Part shown: positions 27,701-43,200 of the stretch, piece after piece | Position numbering within the stretch: position 1 is the stretch's first letter | Layout of the letters: each line of letters opens with the position of its first letter | Origin: Eledone cirrhosa | Taxonomy: Eukaryota | DNA length: 64,000 nucleotides | Assembly: GCA_964016885.1 (NCBI GenBank) | Contig: OZ024742.1 | Coordinates: forward strand, 46,314,001 to 46,378,000 | Direction: 5' to 3' | The notes under the pieces: model-generated | The model's database searches: none | What the model was told of the DNA's origin: nothing | Seen by the model: only the letters and a program-made list of their open reading frames with translations | Made by a program: the position numbers and the translations under genes

Positions 27701-30700
27701 AGTAATAAAAATGACTAACATTTTATTAAGAGAAAGAATTATACATGACATAAACTACTACAGTGTTTTACTGTTATTTGATAGTTTCCAGTCTTAGAGG
27801 AAGACAGTCGGTGCTGTCTTTAGTGATAAGCTAAACAAGCTAGAACTTAGGGCTTCACAATCTGCAGGTGTCTAAAAATATACGTTTACTAGTTTTGTGA
27901 GAAGCTTTGCTGTAATATTTTATGGCCTTCAAGCTTTGTGTAGCTTGGGGCCGCTCTAAGTCGCTATCAAACTGTAGATAAAATGTAAAATAATACCAAT
28001 GGGATTTTAAAACTCGACAAATGTAAATGGTGTATTTCACATATCTAATATCTGCAATCTTAATAAACAAAGTAGCAGAAAAAGTAACATAGAAACTACA
28101 ACGAAGATAGCAACAAAATTAAATAACTAACAACTAACAGCCTTAGCAGCGGCAGTAAGCAGCAGCAGTAGCACCAGCACCAGCACCAGCACCACCACCA
28201 CCACCACCACTGCCATCCCTAACACAATTACCAACATCATCACCACCACCACCACCAACGTCTACAATAACAAGACTAACACTAACTTGCTTTAATAATT
28301 ATTTAATAAAATCTATTTTGTTTTGTTACGTTATCAATTCCTCCATCACGACTACCAAATGTTCGTTGTTGGCTAATTTTAGTTTTCTTTGCTTTTATTC
28401 TTAATTATTAAAAAAAAAAAAAAAAAGATGATGTGAAAACGAAAAAATTTAGTAGAATTTGATTGAAAGAGAGAAAGTGAGAGGGAAGAGTAAGGGAGAT
28501 AAATAGATAGAGAGAGGGAGAGAGAAAGTGAGAGAGGAGAGAAAACTGTTATATGACTGTATTTAGTGATTTTTGAAACCCTTAACTTCAGGCTTTCTGT
28601 CTAGAGATTTTCTATAGACATCCTCTTATTACATGATTATTGGAAATTCATTGAAAAAAACAAAAAATATTGGCACTCATACATACTATAAGAACAAATA
28701 TATATCAAATATGTTTTTATGTTGAGGCCCACATCTCCTCACAGTTCAACGCCCCCAACCCCGAACTATAGGGTCGCTATATAGACGACTATATTGGCAC
28801 CGCCTCGCTTCCCCGCGAACATCAGAGCTATTGGTTATAAATAAGACGGATTTCTGCACATTCTCAGCCTACCAAATTTCACTTACAACATATTAGTCAA
28901 CTCGAGATTAATAATAGAAGACAGCCCGGTAATGTGCGTGTACCAGGAACCAAGAAATTATGAAGCGAGCTTTTTAATCATTCGGCCATCATGACGCCCA
29001 TATTGTTTTTGATAGCCCCCAAACACATAATTTTTAAATCTAATAAATGTATTTGGAAATAGAATTCTTATTATCAAGTAAATGGAAATGTACATTCTGA
29101 GTTTTTGTCAATAGTTCACTTCCAATTTACAGACAAAATCTCTTCAGCTTTCGCAGTTTGGCATAATCAACAAGGAAAATTCGCACAAGAAATGAAAAAA
29201 TAAACCATATACTTGTTTGTGGAAGGGAAATGCATGTAGAAACCCGTAACTAGTGATGGGGCGCCGTCGTGACATACAGTGTGTTTTGGACATTTTAGAC
29301 ATGACAGCGAATCTTTTTCCAGATCTAAACACAGGTGATTTCTTCCAGAGAAAGAGCGAGTGGGGAGAGAGGGAGGGTGAGAGAGATAGAATAGAGAGAG
29401 AGAGAGAGGGAGAGAGAGAGAGAGAGTGACAGAGAAGATATTGGACTTTGGAATATAATTTAACATCGATCTCTAGGCATAATTACATCTTCAAGAAGAT
29501 GTCTCACACTAATTTACGATGAACATAGCTTTGGCCAGGAGGTACTAATGTCATCAAACGATGTTCAATATTTATTGGGTGTTTCGACCCTCAACCGTAA
29601 CACCCTCTCGCTGGTGGGTCAGCCGTGGTGGCCAAATTACTGCCCATCTTCGCCTCCTAGCTTCCAACTTATCTTCCCTCTCCTGCTCCAAAGCCAACTG
29701 AAGGCCCTTTCTACTGCCTCCCCCACCTTGTGTGAACTTCAGCCTTCATCTCTCTTCCTATCATTCCGATGGCAATGAGTATTCTCCATGCTGAGTGAGC
29801 CGGGAATCCCCTGCAGCCCACCTCGACGGGAAATAACCATAAATAACAAAGTTTTGTGTAGTAGAACCGGTGGGGGTTTCAGTTGGTTTGGTATCAAAGG
29901 GGTTAACATGTTTTTGAATCTTATTTCCCCCAAAATAACATATTAGTTACGAATTAATCTAATTCTTTATAAACATATCTACAACGTATCCATAAGGTGG
30001 TTTCTCAGTCTGCTAGAAATAGCAATCAAATTTCCTTCAAATCACCTCTAAAACTATATAAGAGTAAGAAGAATAAAACATTGAAGACAATACTTTCATA
30101 TGTGAACTACATTGTCTTTGAGTTTCTAAATCAAAGTTTTGGGAAGTTAAAACAATTGTTTAGTCTACATATTTCTATAAAGGACCTTTAGTGTGGTATC
30201 TATAATTTTATACATCTTATACGATTTTGTTTTCGCAAGAATGTTTAGATAATGGAAAAAAATAAACGAACCGCTTAATCAATATTCATTTGGTATTTAT
30301 TGAATGTAAATTTTTTTTTGAGATATGAAACTGAAATCTATATTTCCTTTTTCATTTTTTTTTTATTATAATGAATATTTATAATCTTGTTTAATCAAAT
30401 GAAAACAATCATATTATTGTTATTTATAAATTCTTCAAGTGAAAAAGTTGTTATCAACAGCCGAAGAATCTCTCTTTCAATATATGTATGAAATATTTTG
30501 TTTGGAATATTTGTGTATGAAACGACAGTCTTGCCATAGGTAATATTTAAGAAGTTTTCTATTCATATAGATTCACAAAAAATTGTCTATCGTCCAATTT
30601 CTTATTAATTTCTGACTGAAAAATAAACAAAAAGAAAAACCAATTTATTTTTATAATGTGCCCAGAGTTTTAATCAGTGGTATTTTGAGTATAATTTGGT

Positions 30701-31345
30701 AAGTAGTTTGGTGACAAAAGAGAACAGATAGTCATTGAGGAGGTCACATAATATGTGCCGACAGAACTTTGACGAACTAACTAATAGCTGTGTAACTACA
30801 TGAATAAATGACTATAACACAATTAGAAAAAATAAAAGTTAAATAGGAACATCTTGTATATCTCACACTAAGCTGGTCCACTGTTAAAGTATCGTAGAGA
30901 ATTAGTTCACCGTAAGGAAATCTTGTAAATTTAGTTGGTTAATATTTATTGATTGGAAAAGGTTGGGAAAACACAATCTCCTTGTGGCATAATAATGTTA
31001 TAGCTATTGGTTTCACAATTAATTTTAAAGATTTGAAAATGAGACTAACATTTGAGATTTGATGCTAAAACGCCGAAGTAACAAAAACCTCTGGTATTGT
31101 AAAGTTTTCTTTGAATTATTCGGTGAATTCTAATCTTTATAAAAATATACGCTCCCCCCATACACACACACACATACACGCGCATATATATATATATACA
31201 CAGGCACGCGCGCACACAGACGCACGTACACATACACATAATGTATATAATAATCTTTATCATGGCTAAATGACGACTCCTGTTACTTTGAATTTCACAT
31301 GGGTGCTCACAGGGTCATCAGACAAAATTCACACACACATACCCT

Positions 31346-31397
<52 letters not shown>

Positions 31398-31405
31398 TGT
31401 ATATA

Positions 31406-32221
31406 TTGTATATACTCGTGTTAATGTCGAATGTTTTAAACTATTTTTTAAGGTTAAATTTATTGGGTCAACTACTATATTGATACTATTTTTGAGGGGC
31501 TTGAAATTCAAGTACTGTATCAGTAGCAGAAATCCAACTGATCTCTAAACAAATAAAAACAAAAACACAATGAATTACAGTAATATTACCGATTTTATGC
31601 ACCAAAACACAGGTCCTAGTAAATAACAAAATCCATAAAGAAGGCCACGTAGCTCTTATAAATATCTATACTTGTTCTTTTATTCGTATCTAACTTAACA
31701 GACTAGCTTAGTGCAATCAATATATATATCATAATTACAGTATATTAACATGAGTAATATATCTACCGGTAGGACACTACTTACAGTGTACATGGCTGAT
31801 ACCTGCTCGCGGTGTTTCGCATCGCAACTCTCCAATCACATTTTAGTAACAGTGATGTAGCACCCATCAACAGATGTGTAGTGTTCGCTATTATATGGTG
31901 TTTTACTATCAGTACTAAACATTCCGCTATAAGCACCAAGCATTCCAGCTATGGGTCAGGCTATAGTAACGAAAGCACATGTTTGAGTAAACCCTTAGTT
32001 TCAGACATATACTCGCAATAATATAAATTTGCCTTAAATTCATGATGATTTTTAACAGCGTTATTTCTAGGTAGTGGATAATATCATGGCACACAAATGT
32101 TGACCTGTTATCCGTGAAATACTAGGGTCGACTTTTATACGTGGTCTATGGAAAATTCCAGTTTTGGCCAAAAATAGGACGTCAACATTTACATAAAATC
32201 GACTATTACTGAAGTATATAC

Positions 32222-32224
<3 letters not shown>
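31406..32224. mobile_element. Degenerate Tc2/pogo-like non-autonomous DNA transposon
   Basis: Imperfect terminal inverted repeats TGTATATACTCGTGTTAATGTCGA / TCGACTATTACTGAAGTATATACGG with TA flanks. Confidence 0.5.
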
Positions 32225-32272
<48 letters not shown>

Positions 32273-33004
32273 CATTTTTACGTTATGTTTTGACGTTTAT
32301 AGGCATTTTTATGGACCACGTCCATTATTCGCGGTTTTTCAATCTTCACGTAACCCCCGAGAATACCGGAAGACGACCTGTATATATATATATACATACA
32401 TACATATATATCGGTTATTCCTTAACATATTGTTTATAAGGCAGTCTTCAGATTCTCGCCTTCCATGGACAATAGATATAATACTAGTGAAGAACTTTGT
32501 TGTTTTTCTATTTTCAAAATCAATTTCGAGCTAGTAAAAAAATGGTGCCACGGCAGATTTATAATTATGCACCAAAAAACTGCTTGTATCGGACTAGGCA
32601 TTTGGCAGGATCCGTGAAAGTGGGAGGTGACGAGCCAATAACTCTGCACATCCCTTTTTTTTCTGTGCCGATGTTAGAAATCAATATAGAAGTTATAAGA
32701 ATGCCTGAGATGTATTTGGAAGGAATGTTTTACAGAAATTGAGCTGGTTGTTGGATGAATAAATTGTTTCAGCGGTTGATAAAGTGGGAAACTTTATTAT
32801 GGAAAAACAAAACCAAAGAAAGAAAAAGGAAAAACAACAACAAAAGACAAACAACAAACAAACAAAATAAAACAATTTAATTGTAATATATGTTTTATTC
32901 GAGTTCAATATTTGTATGCTATACAATTTACATCGCTCAACATAGGAAATGTTTCTTCTATAGAAATCACTACTCTTGAAGTTTTGATTTGCATTTCGTT
33001 CGAT

Positions 33005-33154
33005 TCTTCTTCTTCTTCTTCTTCTTCTTCTTCTTCTTCTTCTTCTTCTTCTTCTTCTTCTTCTTCTTCTTCTTCTTCTTCTTCTTCTTCTTTTTCTTCT
33101 TCTTCTCTGTTGCGGTTATTGCCTCCGTTGTTATTTTAGATATTGTCCTCCTCG

Positions 33155-33189
<35 letters not shown>

Positions 33190-33190
33190 G
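33005..33190. repeat. (TTC)n followed by (TTG)n microsatellites
   Basis: Direct inspection. Confidence 0.95.
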
Positions 33191-33585
33191 CTCTTCTTGT
33201 TATTGTTGTGGTTGTACAATATTGTTTACAATATTTGTTCATCCAAACACTAATATATCTCAACATCCTCTCCCGACCGTGCTCCTCCATTTCCTCCCCA
33301 CCCCACCAAATACCCCACCACCACAACCACACCTTCCTCGGCCCCTCTACCCCCTCCTTCTATTTCCAATAGAAGTTTCTATTTTATTTCTCTTTGGATT
33401 GGTTTGGATCGTTGAATGTTAAGACGTTAAGACGTAGAACTGTTATTTACATGATAAGTTACATTAATACCCTGTTATTTAAAACGAACGCTCTCTCTCA
33501 CTCGCTACCCCCACACATATTTATGTGTGTGTATATATATCAGTGTATATATGTATGTATATATATATAATCATATATAAATATA

Positions 33586-33676
<91 letters not shown>

Positions 33677-33747
33677 ATATATATATATATAAACCGTATG
33701 TCAATATGTGAATAATTATTTTTAACTATATGAATATATATATGTAC

Positions 33748-33803
<56 letters not shown>

Positions 33804-33931
33804 CAATAGTAAAAATAGTTAAAAATAATTATTCACATATTGACATACGGTTTATATATACACACATACATACTCATGTATATGTAGTATATGTACACTC
33901 GTTTATAAATTTATAAATAAATACATGCACC

Positions 33932-33982
<51 letters not shown>

Positions 33983-34088
33983 AGAAATATATGTGTATAT
34001 GTGCTACACCTACACACATATATATAAACCATATATCAGTATATGAACTATTAGATTCCCGTGTATAAGTAAGTATACAGATATGTAT

Positions 34089-34149
<61 letters not shown>

Positions 34150-34319
34150 CATACACACACACACACATACACATGTATACACACTTCAACAACACTAATA
34201 AATATTGCCTGTACAGATAATCAAAGTGTGTATGCATTTTTGTGGAACACCCTGTATATATATATATATACATACATACATATACATGCATACATATATC
34301 TATCTATATATATATATCG

Positions 34320-34394
<75 letters not shown>

Positions 34395-34508
34395 CATATA
34401 TATACATACACACACATACACACACACATATATATATATATATGCACACACATATATTCCTGTGTGTGTGTGTGTGTTTGTGTGTGTGTGCGTACGTATG
34501 CGTGCGTG

Positions 34509-34592
<84 letters not shown>

Positions 34593-35179
34593 CACACCGG
34601 CATATATTTGTATATATTTATAATATCCGATAAAAATAAAATTAGAACAAGGAATGACTTGCGAACAAATGAAAGCGGTATAAATTACTTTAAGAACGTG
34701 AAATGGAGGCATGAGATTGTTGTATACACCAATACTTACCACCATATACACACATATACATACACGACACTCATGAGTACATATCAACATACGCCAATAC
34801 ACTATATCAACATACGCCAATACACACATCGAAATACATACACATGCGTAGACACACATACCACGTACACACACAAATAGGTGTATATATTTCATTTAAG
34901 AACTAAAATAATGTAAAGTATATACAAGGTGTTCCTCAAAAATGTATACACACAGCAAAAATCACACAACACACACACACGCATATACACACTCCAGCAG
35001 TACACACCAACACTTACCACCATACACACACACATATATACATACATACACGCCACTCACAGGCATATATCAACATACGCCAATACATGTCGACATACAC
35101 ACACCGACAGGCATACATACGCGTAGACACACATATACACACAGAAATATGTGTATATATTTCATTTAAGAACTAAAAC

Positions 35180-35370
35180 AATTGTTTCTACTTTCGGCAC
35201 AAAACCAGGAATTACCCCCCCCCCCCCCCAGTGCATTACTGGTACTTTATTTTATCGACCCCGAAAGGATGAAAGGCAAAGTTAACCTCGGCGGGATTTG
35301 AAGTCAGACCGTAAAGGGCCGTAACTCTATGCTGCTAAGCATGGCGTCCGACCCTCTACAGATACTTCCA
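35180..35370 (-). mobile_element. tRNA-type SINE (same family as 26810-27700)
   Basis: ATCGACCCCGAAAGGATGAAAGGCAAAGTTAACCTCGGCGGGATTTGAA. Confidence 0.8.
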
Positions 35371-36574
35371 ACCCCTAGAACCAACCCACAACACATACAT
35401 ATACACACTTCAGCAGCACACACCAACACTTACCAACATACACACACACACACTCACAGACACATATCAACATACGACAATATATTCTGATACACATCAA
35501 CACACACCAGCATGTATACACACGCGTACACATATATGCAGACTAAGACAAACATGCACACATACACATGCATACATACATAAAAAAAAAACTCACATAC
35601 ACACATAGACACATCCATCCATCCATCCATACATACATAAATAAACACACATATACATGCACACACGAACCCCTCATAGACATAAACACTTACATAGAAG
35701 TACATACGTACATATGTATACATATATTTACATGCATACACACACATACATACAAGCATACATACATACATATATATATATATATACATACATGCATACA
35801 TACATACACACATACATGCATACATGCATACATGCATACATACATATATGCATTCATATACATAGATACATACATACATACATACTTACATGCACATACA
35901 TAGATGCATATACATATATACACACATGCATCCATACACACACATACATACATATAAACATATATACACATACATACATACATACATACATACATACATA
36001 CATACACACACGTACATATATACATACATACATGCATACATACGCAAACATACATACACACATACATATATACATATACATACAGACACATACACACATA
36101 CATACATACTTATATACAAACATACGCAAATACATAATACATACACACAAACATACGTACACATGCACACATACATACATACATGCACACACACAAACAA
36201 ACATACATATAATTATACATACATACATACATAAACAAACGTACACATAATTATACATACATACATAGATACATACACAGAAACATACACAGACATAGAG
36301 AAAATAAAAAGTGGAGATGAGAGTTGAATTGTGAAGAAGGATTAACAACAATAACAACAACGCGAAGTTGCCAGGCTACAATTTTCTCCAATATACCAGC
36401 CTCCTCTATTATCTTCTAACTGTCTTTCACCCCCCCCCTCATACATTGCCTCTATTTCCCTCTCTCTCTTTCTCCCTCGCATTACACTATGTATTGTTTC
36501 TTTCTCTAAAAAAGAATAATGCTTGTTAGTGGAATTCAATTCGTTGTATTTTGGCTGGAACCGCTCAAATGCCA

Positions 36575-36684
<110 letters not shown>

Positions 36685-36765
36685 TATATATATATATATA
36701 TGCATATATATATATATACACACACACGCGCACACACACATATATATTATATGATTGTATTATAC

Positions 36766-36794
<29 letters not shown>

Positions 36795-36796
<2 letters not shown>

Positions 36797-36952
36797 GTAA
36801 TAATAATAAATGTGAAGACTAAAATCCAAAGAGAGCTCGATAAGGATAAATATATATCAAATATATAAGAACCCTAGAGCAAATATTTATTAAAATAACA
36901 GATTAAAGTTTAAGCAAAGAATCGCTGCTTTCACCCTTAACGGGATCTTCTG
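36795..36952 (-). mobile_element. Family H6 element with partial hammerhead core and tail hairpin
   Basis: Reverse complement GAAGA-U-CCC-guuaa-GGG-U-GAAA; tail GCUC-U-AGGGU...AUCCU-UAUC-GAGC. Confidence 0.6.
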
Positions 36953-36976
36953 AAACTCAATAAATACTTAATAAAT

Positions 36977-37033
<57 letters not shown>

Positions 37034-37042
37034 CATATATAT

Positions 37043-37099
<57 letters not shown>

Positions 37100-37124
37100 C
37101 ATATATATAAAAAATATATATAAA

Positions 37125-37722
37125 AAATATTATCAATTACAAGTATGATAATATCTCAATGTAAAATAACAAGTATAATACAGAGCCGAAATACTTTAAA
37201 AATACCATTCAAAGAGTGTTTAAGAACATTTAATTACTAACGATCGTTTCATCCAAGCACAAGACCAAATTCATCGTAGTATAAATCAAAGGTTAAAACA
37301 CAGATAAACTTGTGAAAGAATATGGGAAGAAAGCATAAATGATAAATATTAACATTCACATAAGAGAAGAAAGCAAAGATAGAAGAAGCATATGAAAAAT
37401 AAGAGCAAATAAATGCAATTATGAGCAGCTAAAAAGCATTAAAAATCTTAAGAAACATGCTGGTATAGAGAAATATGCTGCTATAAGGATGTTAAGCATA
37501 GTGCAAGGCATATATCATAATTAATAAATTAACATATAACATAAGCATTACAAAAGTATATAAAAGCAGGTGCATAGATAACATATAAATTTAAGAATGT
37601 AAAAATACATCTCCAAAATAGATTTTTGATAAAAAGTTCGACTACACCTTTCAGTCATAAGTCTATCTGTTTTAACCTTTGATTAAACTCCGATGATTCC
37701 GGTCTTGTGCTTGGATGAAACG

Positions 37723-37723
<1 letters not shown>
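37125..37723. mobile_element. Family H7 fold-back element with degenerate hammerheads
   Basis: 37242-37268 inverted with 37700-37723; CCGATGA-T-TCCGG...TTGGA-T-GAAAC-GATC-GTT; tail hairpin 37155-37185. Confidence 0.6.
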
Positions 37724-37774
<51 letters not shown>

Positions 37775-37798
37775 GTGCGTGCGTGCGTGTGTGTGCGT

Positions 37799-37902
<104 letters not shown>

Positions 37903-37934
37903 CTCTTTTCCTCTTATTTCAATCTTCTCTTCTT

Positions 37935-38240
37935 CTTCGTCTACTTATTCCTGAGAGGACCGTGGGGAAAGAGTCCTCAAAAAATCCTTCTAGCGGGTCC
38001 TGTTAGAAGCAACCGTCTCCAACTAATCTGGCTGCTCCCGAAGCGAGATCAGCCACCCTCATGGATGTTATCCAACCATCTTGCTTGGGGTGTACCCTTG
38101 GTTTTGCCCGTAAATCTGTTCAGCGATTTATTCCTGAGGCATTCTAATCACATACCCATAGTATCAGATCTGTGATTTCTCAATTCAGAGAAGTAGCAGC
38201 TCTACCTGGAGTAACTCTCTGATCACCGAGCTACGCATTC
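37935..38240 (-). mobile_element. Degenerate RTE-like 3' fragment
   Basis: Minus strand reads ...GTPQARWLDNI...GLFPHGP, resembling an RTE C-terminus; GAA-repeat tail. Confidence 0.5.
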
Positions 38241-38244
38241 TAAT

Positions 38245-40138
38245 AAGTCGGAGGCCCTTTATCATCCAAGAGCAGGGAACAGAATCGAATGCTTTCCTGT
38301 AGTCCAACCAGACTGTAACCATGTTCCGCCTATGTCACTGCACCTCTGACATCGCGGTTCTTTTAGTTAGGAGTTGTTCAGCTCACCCCCAAACTCCCTT
38401 CTTCCCAGCTGCTTTTCACCTGTGATCATATTATTGTCACAGTGATCCTGGAGAAATAAGTTTAGACAAGGTGAATTCATGTTATACATTAGGTTCTGGT
38501 ATGCAATGCGTCTGTAGTCTTTTGTCATTATTCTTGGGGACCAATATTGGTTTTGCTAACGTTAACCACTTTGGTATATGAGCATCTCTCATGAGAGCTT
38601 ACTGATAAAGGTTGTTAAGATACACCTGATAGAATGTCAGGTTTTTGTACCAGCAGTCCCTTCCTGGTACTTTCTTATCTCGGAGTTGAACTGTCATAGT
38701 CTCAAGGGTGTCATCATTAATGCTGTATGTTTTTGTAGTGCAGGGGTAGTAATTCTTTTGGATCGCTTTCAGCCACTCTGCATCTTGATTAATTTTCTTT
38801 TCTTCACCCTATACGTTTCTACAGAAGGAATCTATGTCTTTTTAGGATGGGGCCTTGGTGACATTCATTGCTTTGCTCCTCAAAACTCTAGACTAATGTT
38901 TGGTTTCGGCTGAATATTTTATTAATTATTTTTCTTTCAGCCACCCTCTCTTTTCTGATATCGAAGATTCTCGCTGACAGCTGCCGTTCTTGTTTGAGGG
39001 TGATCATCTTACATTGAAGAGTTCTGGTTGTACTGTCTCCAAATATCGTTTCTGTTATATTTTTCACTCTTTGTGGGCGAGGAATGTAGATTTCTTGTTC
39101 GTATTTGCATGTGAAGAGCATTGTCACATATCCTATAGTTTTCCTAGGTCAGAAATCATTGCTTCTATTTTTGTAATATATGAACATTAACATCCAAACA
39201 TTCTCAATGATAATACATCCGCCATTAGCTGAGAAGGTCATGAGTATAAATAATTAAAATATACGCTCATCGAAACTTTCCAGAGAGAAATAAATTCACG
39301 TTGGTTTCTTGTTTAATGTTGTTTTTATGTCGATCGACGAGAGAAATATTTATACGAGAATTAATTTCTCTCTGGAAGGTTTCGTTCGTTGAGGCTATAT
39401 TTTAATTGTTTATACTCATGACATTCCCAGCAAATAGCAGACGTATTATCATTGAAAATGTTTTGATGTTGATGATCAACGTGACAGCGAAATACCATAG
39501 CAGTCAAATCAATTGATACACTTATCAAATTCCTCACCAACATGGCTGTTTCAAGGGACTGTTTGTGTATTGCTGTTGTTTATTGATGATCAGCCTGGCT
39601 GCTAGATAGCCTAGTAACATAGTGCATATTTGGTCTGGGAGACTTGCTTTGTTACTTTTACGTTCGACGGACGTTGTTTGTTGGCGTAATTGTTTGGTTG
39701 TGAAGTTGTGGATGTATTCGTCCCAGTGTAGCTTCGTTTCTTTCATTTAGCCAACAGAGGGATCTCTTCTTTTGTCATCTTATAACAATTAAAGAAATCA
39801 TTATAAAGTTCTTAACTTCAGAAAAATAGGATTTATAGTTTCGGTTACTTCTCTAGCTACAACTAAAAAGATTCTATTTATCTTTCTCGTTGTTGTTTTC
39901 CTTCGATATTCCACTAATGTTGTTGATGTTGATGTTGTGTTCAGTCATGCTGCTTGGCAAATCTTTGTAAATCTAATATCTAGATGAATATCCCTATTAT
40001 TTCGAATGAAAGAGGTCTTGTTAGAAGAATATCCAGTTTTTCAACACGGCTTGTAGTTGTGGCATTACTGTTGGGAATTTCATCTTAAATTTAATGAATA
40101 GTCTCTCACGCCATATGCGCGACTGTTCGCGTCGAACG
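38245..40138 (-). mobile_element. Degenerate 5' portion of an R4-like element, tandem to 40231-43820
   Basis: VWLDYRKAFDSV region at 38280-38320 and ORF 38888-39127 are homologous to 42350-43340; 5' end abuts (TATG)n. Confidence 0.75.
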
Positions 40139-40230
40139 TTATGTATGTATGTATGTATGTATGTATGTATGTATGTATGTATGTATGTATGTATGTATGT
40201 ATGTATGTATGTATGTATGTATGTATGTAT

Positions 40231-43200
40231 GTTCTTCTGGTTTTATAATTTCACAAATTTTTTCCCAATAGAGAGAGAGTCGATTTCTAACATAGACACA
40301 AGACTCTCTCATTCGAATTTACACAACATCAACTAGGTAGGTATGTATGTATGCATGTGTAGATATGGATGTTATTGTATGTGTGGATGTGGATGTTTTG
40401 AGTTGTATGTGTGGATGTGGATGTTTTGAGTTGTATGTGTGCATGTGTATATGCTTTGTATCTGTACATGTGTATATGCAGTTATTAGATGTAAACTTTT
40501 TGGAATGTTTTACATATTTTTACTGTTCCATTAATGGATTGTACTTGTAATTTCCTAACTAGTTGTGTTCTTTCTGTTCCTGTGAAGCCTAGCTTCTCAA
40601 GATTTGTATTGAGGCAGTTACTAACATATCCCAGTGCCCCACTAATCACAGGCATAAATCTGAAGGTGTAATAAGGGTGGAGTATCTGCAGATTTCTCAT
40701 CAGTTCTGTATAAATATTCTCCTTTTCGCTAATCTTTGATATTATATTGGCATCTGCTGGACAGCTAATTTCCACTACTGTGCATGCTTTCTTCTCCCTG
40801 TCCCATATCATAATATCTGGTCTGTTATGCCTGCATTTTATTGGGGTTTTTACTGGAACATTCCACCAGTACTCTTTCATATTATGTACATGGATGTCTT
40901 CCACATTGCTGTAGCTTTTAATGTGTTTATTATCAGGGCTATCTTTTTTACGAACTGCATTGTACAGTGTTTTGGCCACTACATCATGCCTCATAGGTAG
41001 ATAGTACCGCGATGACATCTTTGGACAGCTGCTGATGACAGGGGTGATATCCTCGATGTTAGTTCTGCAGAGTCTACACTTGTTATCACATCTACGTGTT
41101 TTGCCTGCATCCCTATCTCTTTTGTGAATCAGGTATTTCGTGTTAATTTCCTGTTCTTGGATTGCAAAAGCGTATCCTTCAAAGTGGGAGCCAATATAGC
41201 GGTTGTTGGTCCAAGATAGACTACTTTCCTTATCTATATTACTCTCACTCTGGAGCTTCCTGGCAACATATCCATGTATGATTTTTTGCTGATAAGCATG
41301 CAGTTTTTCATCCATGGATTCACTGCGATACTGCTGAGCGACTTCCCTGGGTGTGAGCTTTTGATTATCAGACAGGGAATATCTCTCGAGGAGTTCCTTC
41401 CCAACTCTCATGATCTTATCTGTTTCATGAAGATAGACTTGCTCGAGAGAAGGGCTTCTACGCTTCGAGGTTTGTAGATGTTGTCGGAGAGATACGATGC
41501 GACATTCAAATGCTGTCTGGACTGATGTTAGGCCTCTGCCTCCCCGCCTACGTTTCAAGTAAAGGCGGTCTATGTCACTGTTGATGTGGAAGTTTCCGGT
41601 GTTGTTTAGTATTTTCGAGTTCCAACATCAACTGCTCGGATTTCGTCTATCGTCCAATTGAGTATTCCAAACGTTGGTGTTAGGACAGGCACAGCAAACA
41701 CATTGTGAGCCACTGTTTTGTTTTGCGCAGAGAGTTCCGATGACCAAATCTTTCTTAATCGGGTGTAGTATTCCCTGGTTACGCGTTCCTTATTACAGAT
41801 ACCATTATAGGATATGTTCTCATCTATCCCCAGGTATCTGTAGCAGTCCTCATCAGATAACGGTGAAACAGTTAGGCCATTGATGACAATTTTGCTAGAT
41901 TGGGTTCTTGTTTTTCCCCGCTTTACAGTCATGTATGAGCATTTATCTTGGTCACACTCCATTCCTATATCCTTTGAAAACGTTGTAACCAGGTCAAGAT
42001 TTTTCTTCATCCCATCCATGTTCTTGGCATAGAGTTTCAGATCGCCCACAAAGAAATTATGGGTTTGGTTCGTATTTCTGTCCTCCTGTGAGCCAATGAT
42101 GTATCCCGAACATTTCTTGAGCAGAAAGGACAAGGTATTTAATGACAAGATGAATAATATCACATAGAGACTGTCCCCCTGAAATATACCCCTGCGATAT
42201 TTTATTTTATCAGTAAAAATAGAGTCCTCCCTCTCTGTCTTTAACCTTAGGATAGTAGCCCAAGAAGAAGACAGCCTCTCTATGGCTCTGACAATAATGT
42301 CTGGGACTTTAGCAAGTTGGAGGGACTCTATCATCCAAGAGTGGGGAACAGAATCGAAAGCTTTCCTGTAGTCCAGCCAGACTGTAGCCATATTCCTCCT
42401 AAGTTGTCGCACTTCCGACATCGCAGTTTTGTTGATTAGGCGTTGTTCAGCACATCCCCAAACCCCTTTCTTTCCAGCTGCTTGTTCATCTGTGATGATG
42501 TTATTATTTTCACAGTGATCTTGGAGGAATAGGTTCAGGCAGGCTGTATACATCTTATACATCAGGTTCTGGCATGCAATGGGTCGGTAGTTTTTGCCAA
42601 GTGGGTGTCTTTGTTCTTGGGGACCAGTAATGTTTGTGCTAATGTCAACCTTTCTGGTATAAGTATATCTCCCTTAAGAACTTGTTGGTAGATGTCAGTA
42701 AGACACCTCCGATAAAATATCAGTTTTTTGTACCAGTAGCCGACAATCATGTCTATTCCTGGTGTCTTCTTATCTTGGAGTTTTCCTATTACAGTCTCAA
42801 GGGTACCCTCACTTATTTTGTATGTTTTTGTTGTAGTGTAGGAGCAATAGTTCTTTTGGATTTCTCTTAGCCACACTGCATCTTGGTTGAAATCCTTCTT
42901 TTCACCCCATATTTTGCTCCAAAAGGAATCTATGTCTTTCTGGGATGGGGCCTCAGTGACACTTATTATTTTGTTCTTCATATCTCTATAGACTGATGTT
43001 TGGTTCGTCTGGATCTTTTATTAAGCACTTTTCTCTCATCTACCTTCTTCAGATATCAGCGTTTTTCACTAACAGCTCTCAATTCTTGTTTGAGGGTGAT
43101 CAGCTTATATTGAAGAGTTCTGGTTTTACTGTTACCAAACATCGTCTCTATTTCATTTTTCACTCTTTGTTGGTGAGGAGTGAGTTTTTTTTGCGTTTGT

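Noticed and set aside
29560-29830. GC-richer patch resembling Tx1 LSLxGRAxVAN
   Set aside because: Too degenerate to call
32970-33372. Poly-K/F/S ORFs; also poly-H/V ORFs at 60086-60541
   Set aside because: Trinucleotide microsatellite translations
37590-37675. Possible GIY-YIG C-terminus upstream of the H7 arm
   Set aside because: Only a vague resemblance with stops; not supportable without profile search
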